Positions 39,301 to 51,400 of a DNA stretch of 64,000 nucleotides are shown here, one piece after another; the stretch's first letter is position 1; each line of letters opens with the position of its first letter. The position numbers were made by a program, and so were the translations under genes. Source of the DNA: Selaginella moellendorffii (taxonomy: Eukaryota > Plantae > Lycopodiophyta); assembly GCF_000143415.4 (NCBI RefSeq), contig NW_003314327.1:733403-797402 (forward strand), read 5' to 3'. The notes beneath the pieces were generated by a model. That model was not told the origin of the DNA and did not search any database. It saw only the letters and a list, made by a program, of their open reading frames with translations.

Positions 39301-40038
39301 GGGAATAGCCTTCCCCAATATCCCTTTTCCGGTCCCCACTAAATCCCTTTCCGTCCATGGCCGTGTTCGCCAACACTGCCACTGGATCAAGGCCCACAAG
39401 CCCAACCACTAAGTCCTATGGTCCTCTGGGACTTCCTCCTCACATGACCTTATCCTTGGTCTTTACACCAGAGGACTGTTCCTCTTCCTTTTCACAATCT
39501 AGGACTTTGGGGCAACATTTCGGAACACCATGGCCTTACGCAAGCCTTGTGGGTGCTCTCCCCGCCTTCTGCCTTTGGGTGCTCTAGCCATGAGCTTAGA
39601 GCGAAGTTCCGTTGAGCCACGCCAAGTATCCAAGTAGGTAGTGCTATCCACACTTGGATTGGGAGCATCGACTATTCGATCTCCCGAGGGAACTAGAGCT
39701 GGCTCTTGAACACTTCACCAAGCTACCCCACTTGTCGGTTTGTATTCACTCTAATCTTGGACTTCTCAATGGTCAGCTCAAACTCCATCTCGGGTCCATC
39801 TTGGGTCCATCTCGGGCTCCATCTTGGATCCTTTTGTGTCCCTTTTCTAGAGACTCATTTATCGCTCACTTTGTCTTTGTTCCTCGAGCACTTCGTTGGG
39901 AGTTCCCCTCCCGCTCTTGACCTTTCAAGTCAGAGCTTTTGGCCCAAATGTATTATGCTCGTTTGGCTTTCATTTCGGCCACTACCACGTGGCACCCTTC
40001 TGGCTCCACTTTGGGGCCTAGGGATTTTGTGTCTCACA
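33393..40038 (-). mobile_element. LTR retrotransposon B2 (decayed coding interior), TSD CCTTT
   Basis: LTRs at 33393-34992 and 38932-40038 (TG...CA). PBS complement GCTTTGATACCA at 38917-38928. CCTTT on both flanks. Confidence 0.92.
34413..34780. repeat. Tandem 6-mer (CTCGGA/CTCGGT) grading into 12-mer (CTCCATCTCGGA) array inside the LTR
   Basis: Directly visible in the sequence. Confidence 0.95.
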
Positions 40039-41371
40039 CCTTTATGTTATATGATTCAAATTCCACACTCACTATAAATCATCAAAGGCACAACAAAACA
40101 TCTTTAACTTGGAGCTGGTTGACCATAAAAAAGATATAAGCAAATCAAGTCTTCACAAGCTTCATGAGTTCTCTAGAGCAAAACTTCTAATATAAAGCAA
40201 ATATTTATGAATCCCACAATCTTTTCATAGTCATTTATGAACTTAAACACCCAATCAAACCTTTTAATATCCTCCAATATCAAATTCAAAACATGACATA
40301 TGCATCAATTGTGTAAGATAAAGGAGAATTCTTCTCTCATATGTTCCCCCATCAATACATAATTCAAAGGATTATCAATAACTACTTGAACCACATTTTC
40401 AACACTAACATCCTAAATTATTAGTCTACACTGCTCATAAAGCTAAAGACCAATCTTCTCTTCTCTTTAGTGTTAACATCCTACCAAAATACCTAGCCAT
40501 AGATAGAAGTAATCATGAAGTTTATGATTGATCTACTCTTTATATTAAACCATCCATCAGTCACTGTTATACATCTAAATTGAGTCCATCCATCAAGAAA
40601 GGGAGTTAACTTCTCATTGACTAGAGTATAATAATGAGTGAGTTGATTAGTAAAATGTTTGTAACTAAGAATCCTCGATGCAGCATTAAGTTTGGCACTA
40701 CAAATGGTTGTGATCGTTGCATGAAAATATGAGCTTTTAACAACATTGAATAGTATAGTATTCAAGAAGATGAACTTTGATATTGCATTATCTAAATTCA
40801 TGTTTTTTGCTTCATCAAACATTTCTCTAATGTTGTCATTTTGCATTCAACTAACAAATGATCTTTCATGGCTTATGTAAGCACTCATAGGCTGAAATTG
40901 ACTACCACTCTATGTACTAGCTCCAGAAGTAGATGCCTTATCAAAATGCTGATTTTGTGGATTTGCTGTAGAAGGTAAAGCCAAAGAAGCATTTGCAAAT
41001 TGCTCTATAAACATTTAACGAAATTATTCTTGAACATGAAAAGGAATGTTTGAAACATTACATGTTTCAATGTCATGCCCAAAAACTTTAATAAGATGCA
41101 CCTTAATTCGTTTTAGTGGACCATTATATATTTTTTCACAATAATTACACTTCTAAACGCCTATCTCCTTTGCTAGAAGCATAAACAAAGAGCTTAATAA
41201 TATAGGATCATGCTCAATCAAACACCATTGATTCAACTGTGCTAAAATCAATAATTAAATATTACAATCCAATCACTAAAATCATTTGAAGGTGCAAATT
41301 AGGGTTTTTTGGGAAAAAAATAAGTTGCTAACCTAAAATGAATAAATGAAAACGAGAAAAAAAAAGAACTA

Positions 41372-41989
41372 CACTCCTGGGGTGTCATTCAATAAAATGC
41401 TGTAAAACGTTCAATCCCTACACGAAAGACAGTTTGTTTCCTCTGGAAGGGACAGCATACGCACCTTTGCTGGAATGACGTTAACCTCCTTTGACATTTC
41501 TGCAAGCGAGCGTGGTCTCTCGCCCCATCTTCTCCACACCATCCAAATGCTGGAATACTTGAGGTGCTCGTTGCCGAGCTGCCTTTTTGCTTGTTGATCT
41601 TCCTTAGCCCGCTACTTCGCCTCTAGTTTTCGTTCCCTGTAAAGAATCGTCAGGAAGAAACGAGAAAGAAAGAAGAAAACGCATAGGCAGAACTAACAGG
41701 AAGAACAAGAAGGAAAGGTTTAGAAGCTGACCTTACGTCTCTTAGCTCTCTGCCACTTGACGACATGTTGAACGATATCTTTGCGCATTGGAACGTCGAA
41801 AATGTCTTCAGCGATCGGCAGAGTCCGTTTGTCCTCTTGCTCCCAATTCGTGGCCGGCAGCACCATATCTCTCATCTCTCCTGGAAAGAAAGAAGAAATC
41901 ACAGCACAAGGATCCATGGCAATGTGTCTGCCTCGCCTGAATTCATTTGCAGCAATGCTGGCCGACGGGGAGGTGGAGGAGCGCAACAC
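41372..41989 (-). pseudogene. rpl4: Organellar (mitochondrial-type) ribosomal protein L4 pseudogene
   Basis: IFDVPMRKDIVQHVVKWQRAKRRK | GTKTRGEVAG* ... VNVIPAK | GLNV/YSILLNDT. Introns are retained; it has a stop, a frameshift and a large internal deletion. Confidence 0.85.
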
Positions 41990-42094
41990 CGTCTGGAGAA
42001 TGCCTAATCAAGATGACACTGATCCAACGGATATTTCATTCAAAGAATCTATCTTACAATGTCATAGACTTTATAATAATAATAAAAACTCTCT

Positions 42095-43262
42095 TTTCTT
42101 GTGAATCACAACAAGAAGATGTCCTCGTATACCTCCTCCCAAAAGCCAGTTGCTTTGATCCTCCGTTGCCGGATCTTGGGAATTTCTAGGTGCTGCTCCT
42201 CCCCAGTGCGCCAGCCTCTTCTCCTCCTCGGGATCCAGCCCGAGAGCGCCTGACGAGCGAGGGGCGGTAAACAACCGCCTTCCTGTAATGCACCATCTCA
42301 CCGACACTGTACTGCCCCACCGTCTCCCTCTTGCCACGGATGTAAAACCACTCGCCGCGATCCAGGTCGTACACCGCGGGTGGCAAAGGCTCGCCACCGC
42401 AATCACCAAGCTTGTGGCCGTCATCGTAGCGATCGGGACACTGTCCAGCAAGGCACAGGAGATTGCCTTCGGCCTGGCACTCTAACGCCACAAAATCGTC
42501 CCAGTAGACGTCCGTAAGGTCCAAGAAGGAACTTGCAACCTCATGGCAGTGGCCACTGCTCCAGGCTTTCTCAACGTCCAAAACGCAAGAAGCCTCTCTC
42601 TTACCCGCCATATCCATCGGCTCCTCCATTCTCCACACTCTGCACTGCCCTCGTTGATCCGAATGGCACAAGCCACATATGTGCTCCCATACGAAAGGGA
42701 CACAAACCAGGGTCGGGTCGTTTAGGAGGGGCTCCTTGTGTGGCACGATGATGCATCTAGCAGTGTCGAACAAGAATCCTTCAGGGTACTCCGCAACCCG
42801 TGTCCAAGCCCGCGAGCTTGAGTCGTAGTTGAAGGCGTCTACAACCTTGAACTCTCAGGTGGCTAGGTCCGTGGTCATGCTGTAGACGCGACCGGAATGC
42901 ACCTGAGACGCAAGGCGTGGGATCGACCCACTCGTTGGTTGCGGGATTTCCCACCACCAACTCCACCCCGGGAGAGGCATCGTCGGCCCAGGACGGGAGC
43001 CTGACGAGGACGAGGCCATTGGAGGAGGTGACGATGTCAAAGGAGCCGGGTGGGAGAGGTATCTTCATCCATGGTGGCTGTACGCGATTTTGGTCCATAC
43101 ACAGATTTGCTGTGGTCGAGGGATACGATCCCAGTTGCCGTTATAGGCAGTGAGGAGGACATAATCCTCGCCGCGCTGCTGCCTCCGCGCTGCGCTAAAC
43201 TCGGGGGATTGAGTATGTATTCTCTGCACTCTGAATCTAAGATCTCCATTCCTTGCAGACGC
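42095..43262 (-). pseudogene. F-box gene copy 2, lacking the F-box, with many small deletions
   Basis: Colinear high similarity to about 945-2163. Confidence 0.9.
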
Positions 43263-43554
43263 CAATCCCAGGTATGCTATTCTTGCTAACCTAAAAGTGA
43301 ATATATATCAGACTATATAGCCTAATTTATTAAATTCTGCTAAATTTTACAAACTATTAGCTTATATTTTTGAGAAAGCGGGACCAACTTTCATGCAATC
43401 CAATAAAATGCAAATGTGGCGCATTCAAAGTTCAAATAGAGGTTATGGAATGCCATAGAGAATTTATAGAAAAAAAGAGAAAAGAAAGCAATGAGACCAA
43501 AGACATGTAATCATGCCCCTCTGATTTTTTTTTTGTTTCGATTGAAATCTCGTC

Positions 43555-45551
43555 TCAAGGATTTCCTAGCAGACGCTCAACAGCTGCATGTACATTGCCA
43601 TTGGTTGCCGACAAGGCGCGGATGTTTTCTTGCGTGTCATAGAAACCCATGTCTTGAAGTTGCGATAGCTGCGTCGCATACAGTTCCTCCGGGGGTAGAG
43701 CGTTCACTGCCAACACAAAAGAAAAACACGATGTACAGCACTGGAAAAACAATAAAATCAAAGTACAAACCTTCGGGAGTCGCACCAAAATTGCTTCCAA
43801 GGCCGCCAAACATTCCTAGCAACGAGTTTAAATCGACATTGCCAGCGGCTCCTCCCAAGCCTCCTTGCCCCAAGCCTTGGTCCCTAAGAGAGAAGGAAAA
43901 CGGTGTAAGTAAACCATAGAGAGTTTTCAAGAGTGACAACTTACTGCCCTGGCTGCTGTCGACCCAGGTGGCCTAGCAAACTCTGCTGGAGCGCAAGCAT
44001 TTGCTGTGACCACAGCGTAAACGAGAAGAAAGTTAACGATAGAAAAGGAGAAAAAGGAAAGAAAAACCTGTAAGCTCTCCGGACTGGTCATCTGCTGGAG
44101 AAACTCTGGGTTTTGCATCATTTCTCTGAACTGGGGGTTGGCATTCAGTATGTTCCGGAGCTGCGGATGCATGTTAAGGACCTGCAAGGATCACGAAAGC
44201 CATGACTGCATTTCAATCATCAATCCGCAAACACACAGACCTGCTGAACGTACTGGGGGTTGGAAAGAACTGACTGCATTGCCTGTAGCATTCCCGGGTT
44301 TTGCAACATCTGCTCGATCCCTCCCAGTCCTCCAAGCCCACCCAGCGCGCCCAGGCCTCCAGCGTTACCATCACCCATGCCTCCGAGAAATCCCAAAGGC
44401 GGAAGCGTACTGAGTTGTTGTCCTGGGGTGGTGGTCGTCTCTCTCGCTGTACAAGACCAAAGGAAGTCAATGGAAAGCTCGAAAGAGAAGGAACCAAGTA
44501 CCCGCGGGATTCCAAGGATTTGGAAGAGGAGCGGTGTTGGGAAGCACGGTAGCTCCCGTCCCAGCCGCTGGTGTTTGGTTCGGATCGCCAGTCCCGGCCG
44601 CTGGCGCCGTGGTAGCCGCTGGAGCTCTTCCCATCAAAGCGGCAAAAGGATTGGCCTGAGCGTCGGCTCCCTCGGCCCCGGTGCCACCCATGGTGGCGGC
44701 ATTGAGCAGCGGCTCCTGGACGGTCTCATACATCCTCCGCAGCATGTTGAATCCCTCGGGCGAAGCCTCGATGTTGCTCATGGCCCGGTCGGTGTTTCTC
44801 ATCATCTCCCTCATGAGCTCCGGGTTCCTGGCGGCGTCGAGCGTCTGGCGGAGCGTGGCGGGATCGTTGAGGATGTGCGCCAGGTCGGGGTTGCGGTCGA
44901 TGATCTCGCGCATCTGCGGGTTGTTCATGATGAGCGTCCGCATCAGCTCCGGGTTGCTCATCAGGCTCTGGATGGCGGGCATGTTCATCATCTCGCGCAT
45001 GAGGTTCGGGTTTTGCATCAGCTGCTGCTGGACCTGCTGGAACTCGGGCAGCGTCGTGGCGGTGCCCAGCGGCGCCGCGGCCCCGCCGAAGAATCCACCG
45101 TGCATGTTGGCCCCAATCCCGCCGGGAGGAGCTGCTGCCGGGGGAGCCGCTGCTGGGGATGGCGACGCTGGCGATGGAGCGGCCGGGGCGCTGCCGGGAG
45201 GCGGGGCGCCGCGGACGAGGTGGACTGTGTGATCGTTTTGTAGATCTGGAAGAATTTCGCGAGGGGAGAAGGGAGGAGTAAATACCCTAGCCAGAGAATC
45301 CCAGAGAGGAAAATTTCTTGCGGCTTACCGTAGCTGTCGAGGGAATTCTCATCCTTGAGCACGCGTCCCTTGTAGATTAGGCGCTGCTGATCGGCCGGGA
45401 CCTCGGAGCGCTCGACGAGGAGGGATTTCAATCCGCGGACTGTGCTCTTGAGATCCACCGTGACCGAGAACTTGGTGCCGTTGGAGCAGCGAATGTGAAC
45501 CGTGGCCGCCGCGCTGGGAGCTGCCGTCGTCGAGGCCTCCTCCGCGCTCAT
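43555..45551 (-). CDS. DSK2: Ubiquilin / ubiquitin receptor DSK2 (UBL-STI1-UBA), multi-exon
   Basis: UBL domain ([13 protein letters not shown]), STI1 repeats ([20 protein letters not shown]) and UBA domain ([11 protein letters not shown]...[11 protein letters not shown]). GT-AG introns. Confidence 0.95.
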
Positions 45552-45636
45552 TGCCCTATCGACGATCTAAAAACCCTAAATTGGCGAGAAAAAAGGAAAA
45601 GTCTACAAGGATTGGAAAAACTTTTTAGGGCGTGGA

Positions 45637-46784
45637 TTACGGGCAGTGGATATCCGCCGTCGATTGGGCATCATTCCATAGATCACCCATGTAGAAGTGG
45701 AGGATCTTTTCTACGATCCACTCGTAGTCCGTCTCGTCGCCGATGGATTTGAGTCCTTGTCTCACGATCTCGTCCGTGACCCACCCATTTTTCCTGTCAA
45801 TCTTGAGCAGGAATTCCAGGACTTTGGGATGGTGCGAGTAATCTGGATGCCTAGAGCACGGAAAAACGATCAAAACCTTTCCTTGCATTGTCTAAGACAG
45901 AGGGAACTTACCCACAGAAAGTGAGAAAGTGGTGAGGTTTGTACTGTTGGTTCCACGAGAGCGATCGTTCGATCGATCCAGATGAGTGTTAGAACCAAGG
46001 AAAGCACTCTTAGTTTGCTTACCAATGCCTGGTACTGAGTTATATTGTTGGAAGCAAGCACCCAGAAGTCCGGAGGAAGCGAAAGGATCGCATCGTTGTG
46101 ATGGTAGTGAAGCTTGAACGATTCCTTGCTTGTTTCGAATAGCTGCCTGGCCAAATCGGTGAGCTTGGCTTCTTTCACGGACACCTCCGACCCCTGCCAA
46201 GCTGAGTCTATTTACTCAGTCCTCCGAGAGCCAAAAAGGAGAATAAAAAACGAAGAAAGAGTCTACCTTTGGATTCGGAGCCACGGATCCTCCAAAAGCA
46301 GCAGCAATCGCTTGATGCCCAAAGCTGATGCCGCAGGTCTTTACCTTGTTCTTGTCCAGCCATAAAATTTCCTGTTCCAAAGAAAGAAAGAAAAAGAAGG
46401 ATTGGCTCTTTCATCGACGTGAAAGCAAGCTTGGAAACCTGAAGAAGCCGTCTGATCCATGGCTTTGGCTCGTACACGCCGCTGAGAGAGCCCGAGATGA
46501 GAACCCCATCGAAATTTTGGACTCGATCAGGATATTGGCGCTCCGTGACATCGAAGCCTGCATGGATCTGATTAGAGAACACGAATTTCGCCGGCATTTG
46601 TTCCTGCTCAACTGGTAAGCGTGATCGATGAATGCGGGATCAAGCGCGCCGCAACGTGATCGAATGCCGCCTGGAGGAGCGCGAGATAGGATCGGCACGA
46701 TTCCGAAGCTGTGCTGGGCAGATGCTGCGCCAGATGCTCGCATTCGTAGAGCGCAATCCGGACTGCTCGGCGTCGCGACCACAT
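45637..46784 (-). CDS. Class I glutamine amidotransferase / gamma-glutamyl peptidase-like protein, atypical triad, possibly degenerate
   Basis: RIALYECE, DGVLISGS, GISFGHQ, HHNDAILSLP and TMQG..HPD motifs. The 3' exon structure is irregular. Confidence 0.8.
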
Positions 46785-46949
46785 CTAATACCCTAAATAA
46801 AACAAAAAACCCTAAAAACAGGGGATTTGGCTATGGCCTATGTTTCTTGTGCCAATGCCGCCAATGCTGATGCTGATGCTTTGCCATGAGCTCCAGCAGC
46901 TAAAGGAATCCTTTGAGCTCGCGTATATGGTTATCTGCTAATACTCTCA

Positions 46950-47427
46950 TTAGACTGGTGTGATAGAGTTCTTCTCCTTCTCCAAAAGACATGCTCTTAG
47001 CTGCTGCTGTTTCCATTATCTGAGCCAATTCTTCCACATATCTAAGCCTCTTTAGGAAACAGAAGAAGGCATGTCATTTATTTCAGTCCAAGTACCTGAA
47101 TGTAGATCATACGAGAGACTACTTACCCATGGCCAGCTTGACCACGGAAGTAGACACAAATATCGAGTCTATGAGTAATGTGATCACCTCACCAGACTCC
47201 ACAGTAATTTCCTCAATTCTGAACTTACACTTCCGTTCCACATTGAACCACACCATGTAGAGCTTTCCCCTCCAATTACTAACAAGGCAGACCGACTCAC
47301 CCTTCTTGACATTCAGACAGAGATTTGTATATGCAACAGAGTCACTTTGCAACATCAAACTGGACAGCATGGGTACAGGAGGAAGCCGAACACTTCCTAT
47401 GACCATGGGCCATGTTTCACAGCACAC
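46950..47427 (-). pseudogene. Gene fragment, possibly an F-box/kelch-like C-terminus
   Basis: CLVSNWRGKLYMVWF-type beta-propeller pattern, abutting the AT-rich insertion. Confidence 0.35.
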
Positions 47428-47429
47428 CG

Positions 47430-49561
47430 TTATAGTTTCTTATTAAACTCATAGCATCGTGGTAGTTTTAATTTATATGTCTTATGCATTTGATGAAATC
47501 TATGTCATTAAATTTTGACAAGTTTTCTAGCATGAAGGAATAAAAAAATTAAAAAGACCATATCACATATTATTGTGATAATTTTCCTCAAGTCAATACT
47601 TTTTACACTATCTCTTATTAAACCACAAATAATAAACTTTTTGTGCGGTTTGATTTAGGTATCTAGAATATGCTTGAATATTCTAGGATATTCTATTATC
47701 TAACAAACAACTTTATTATTAAAAATACTAAATATATCATTAAGCAAGCCAAAAATTGAATAAATTATTAAACTTAGACCTTTTTTTTATATATTTTAGA
47801 TTATTATTTTCATTTGAAAAACGTATTAGGTAAATCATAAAATCACAACATAATGATATAATTGATATTTCTTGCATTGCCTCACCTTTAAAATATATTC
47901 GAAACTATAATTAAATAAAGGCTTGCTACTAGGGTGTGTGAAAATTCCAGCAACTTCATTTGATTTTAGTACATTATATATTTTTGTGTTTTCACTTTTC
48001 ATAAATGTCATTTTTGGTTTATCTCTCATTTCATGCAATAAATTATTATATATATATATATAGACCCACACACACACATGCGTGCACACATTTTTTATTA
48101 CAATAATTATTTTGTGACTTTCTTGGACGATAGTATCTATTAAGTGGTACACTTGACCATAAATTTTAAAATAATATGGTCTATTATGTATTATTTCAAT
48201 ATTCACCACATAATGCCAATGCCAATGCATTCTTATAATTTTTTTCTTTAGCTTCTTTAAATTCTCTTGATATAACGTTCCATTTAGCAATTTATAAATC
48301 AAAATAAACTATTTAAAGTCGTGTGTTATTGCTACACATCCACCATAACAGCATTGAGATTAGATTTTGTTAAATATATTTTGCAATAAGTATAATGTTT
48401 TTGTGTAAAACTAATGTGGTCTCTTAAGTATTTTATCTTTATCCCTTCAATGTTTTCTTTAACATCCAAAGTTAAAGACTTAATAGAGTTTATATATGTG
48501 TTTTGTATTTATTAAATATGTGAAGTATTACAAGTAATATTTAATTTTCATGTCACAGATTTTTCATTTTTTTCACCAATTGAAATGTAATAGATTTTCT
48601 ACTACATAATTATATTGTTAAGATCAAAATAAATATAGGCAATACATTATCAACTCACAAGCAGTAGATAACACAAATAAATAAAAAAAAATATTAACCA
48701 ACCAATAATAAAATAAATACCACACTGTATAAGATTTTAATTTTTTTTTCAATTATTTAAATACATTTTTCATTCTATTAAAGCACTAGCCTAACAAAAA
48801 ATAGGTAGAAATAAAAAAAAATTGCCTTACATGAATTATTTATCAAATCTTTTATGTCTTCTTAGTTCTTTTACAAATAAAAAATCTAAAATTTCCTTGT
48901 GCTTCTAGGATAGTAATATTTTAAAAGAATTTTGTTTTCAAGCTTGTAAGGTGCTAAAGATTTTTTTCATAGATATACTTTAAAAATACCACTTTATTCT
49001 CTAAAAACATCAATTGATAAATATGTTTTATTATATGTTCTTTATTTATTTGTAGACTTTTTTCTTTGAAAATAATTTCAAGTAAAATTTACTTTATGAA
49101 AACTAAACAATTTTTTTGGTTAGTGTGGTTTATTATCAAATGCAAATCCTACAATTAATTCTTTTATTTAATGTAAATGTTTTTAATTATATTTTGATAT
49201 TTAGCATAGCCTTATATATTGATCTTGTACACCAAAATAATCCCTAACTATGCCATAACTTTTAGATGCATTTTAACATATATTTAAATATCTAAAAACT
49301 TGATCCAGCTTTTATAACACTCCCGGATTAAATGATTGAGTTTAATCATTTTTTCTTAGTTGAAATATATATATTTTATATATTTGTATTTGTGTATATG
49401 AAACTTTTAATTTATTTTAGCTAAAGAAGTTTTGAATTAATTTACCCCAAAGTTTTAAAAATTCTCATTTGAATCTATGTACTAACACATCTTTTATGTG
49501 CATGTGTATGAAGATTTAGATCTCGATAAAAAACTATAGTGATCATTTTTACATCTCAATA

Positions 49562-49637
<76 letters not shown>

Positions 49638-51400
49638 TAAACAAACAAATAAAAATAAATTATTATTCTTAGGCAAGTATGATTTACATACAATATTGTT
49701 AAATTAAATTAAGATGTAGTAAAGAGATTTTTAAACAAAAATTCATATGAATGAAAAACTTTCTTTTAACAACCCTTGTTTTGGCTATTAATAAATATTT
49801 ATAATATAAACTACTTTATTATAAAGGTTTTTTTAAACAACATCAAAATGGCATAACTATAGAAATTTTAGATATTGTGTTTTTAAATGTAATTGCTTAT
49901 CCTAGTTTAGCATATTTTTTATCCCATAACAATATAACATTTTTTTAGGGATAATATTGTTCCAAACTTTGAAAAATATTACACTTTGAATTATTGAGAA
50001 GCCATCCCCGAGCTAGAAAATAAAAAAAATTAATTAACAATTTTAAATATTCATTTATAAAACTTACTAAATATTGAAGTTTTTTTGTTTGGGCCTCAAA
50101 ATGATGTTATGCTTATAAATTAATGAAACATTGATCAAAATTAGAAAAATTTAGTTTTTGATAAAAAATTAAAATTTTGCAACTAGTTTTATTCTAAAAA
50201 TAAATGTAAATATAAAAAAATTGTATAAAAAGTTATTAGGTAGTTTTTAAGTCATTTCAAATACATTTATATACATATCTTAAATGGTGGCAAATAATTA
50301 TGGAATATAAACTTTAAGTGATCGGATTGTTCAAGTTTAAAGTTTATCGAAGTTATAACGTATTCTTTCCGAAAGATTTTATTCATGTTACTTACAAAAG
50401 AAACTAATATAATAATCTACATATGAGTTCATCCATAAAATTTTAATTTTTGTATTTGTTGTAAGCTCAGAAAATTTTTATCATTTGATATAAACAAACA
50501 ATTTAATTTATATGCAGTGAGTGAGTTTAATTAAGAAAAAATTGATTCTTTTGCTTGCTCATAGTTGGCATATGCGTGCATCATAATGAAGAGCCAATAG
50601 TTATATATACTAATTAATTATTTTTTTACACTTGTAAAGTTTTATATAATGATGTTTTTCATTTTAGTTCATTTTAGTAAGTTTAACCAAGATATTTATG
50701 AAAATTATATTCCAAAATAATTAATAAAAATGATTGTGTATTTACTTGCATAACAATCATAACTGATCAACATTATGGTTCAATTGTCATATTGTGAATA
50801 GAAAAATAACTTTCAATATCAATAATAACTAATTTATTATATTAATAAATAAAATAATCTATTTATAAAAATATAGTACATAAAGTAATAAAAAATTGTC
50901 TTTTAGTAGGGATGAATGTTAGCTTATAAGTACTTTATTCCCAATATAATAGCCAATTTATAATGAGTGGATTATGCTAGTTGTTTTTTAAGTGATTTAT
51001 AGCCTTTTTTTTAATCATGAGACTTTATTAAATTTACTTTAAATTTCTCTTTATTTTTATTTCCAGTTTTACTCTACTTTTTAAAAATTCTTTAACATCT
51101 TTAAACTTTTCTATATTTTAGTATTAGGAAAAAAAATTGTGTATGAGAAAACAATTTTCGCATATATCTTTTGAACTTCATAGCTCTTAATTAACATTAA
51201 AGAGAGTTATAAGCATTGGGAAATACTAAATAAAAATTTGCATGTATGCCTTTATATTCCCAAAACTAGTATGCTATTTTTTATAAAAAAACAAGAGTAT
51301 TTAAAATTTGAAAAGTAAACAATTTCTAACAGAGGTGTGATATCTTTGAGTAATTTATGCAGCAATTTGCTTTGGTTTTTATATACCTTTTACTGATGAT
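47430..51400 (-). mobile_element. Extremely AT-rich Helitron RepHel relic
   Basis: QCCYGG, PYYFKIYGQVYH, YNVLKSNEVAGIF and CDFMIYL resemble Helitron Rep N-terminal motifs (47800-48360). Termini not found, so the boundaries are compositional. Confidence 0.65.
49566..49635. repeat. (AT)n microsatellite, about 35 units
   Basis: Directly visible in the sequence. Confidence 0.98.

Larger units (their letters stand above)
32560..41200 (-). mobile_element. Decayed hAT transposase (BED finger plus DUF659-type core) interrupted by LTR element B2
   Basis: KCNYCEKIYNG...RIKVHL...GHDIETC near 41060-41155, CITVTDGWFNIKSRSIINF at 40493-40846, and an acidic C-terminal tail near 32600. TIRs not located. 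Confidence 0.75.

Noticed and set aside
44260-45243. Long plus-strand ORFs opposite DSK2 (likewise opposite ENT1, the esterase and the F-box)
   Set aside because: Antisense shadows of GC-rich coding exons.
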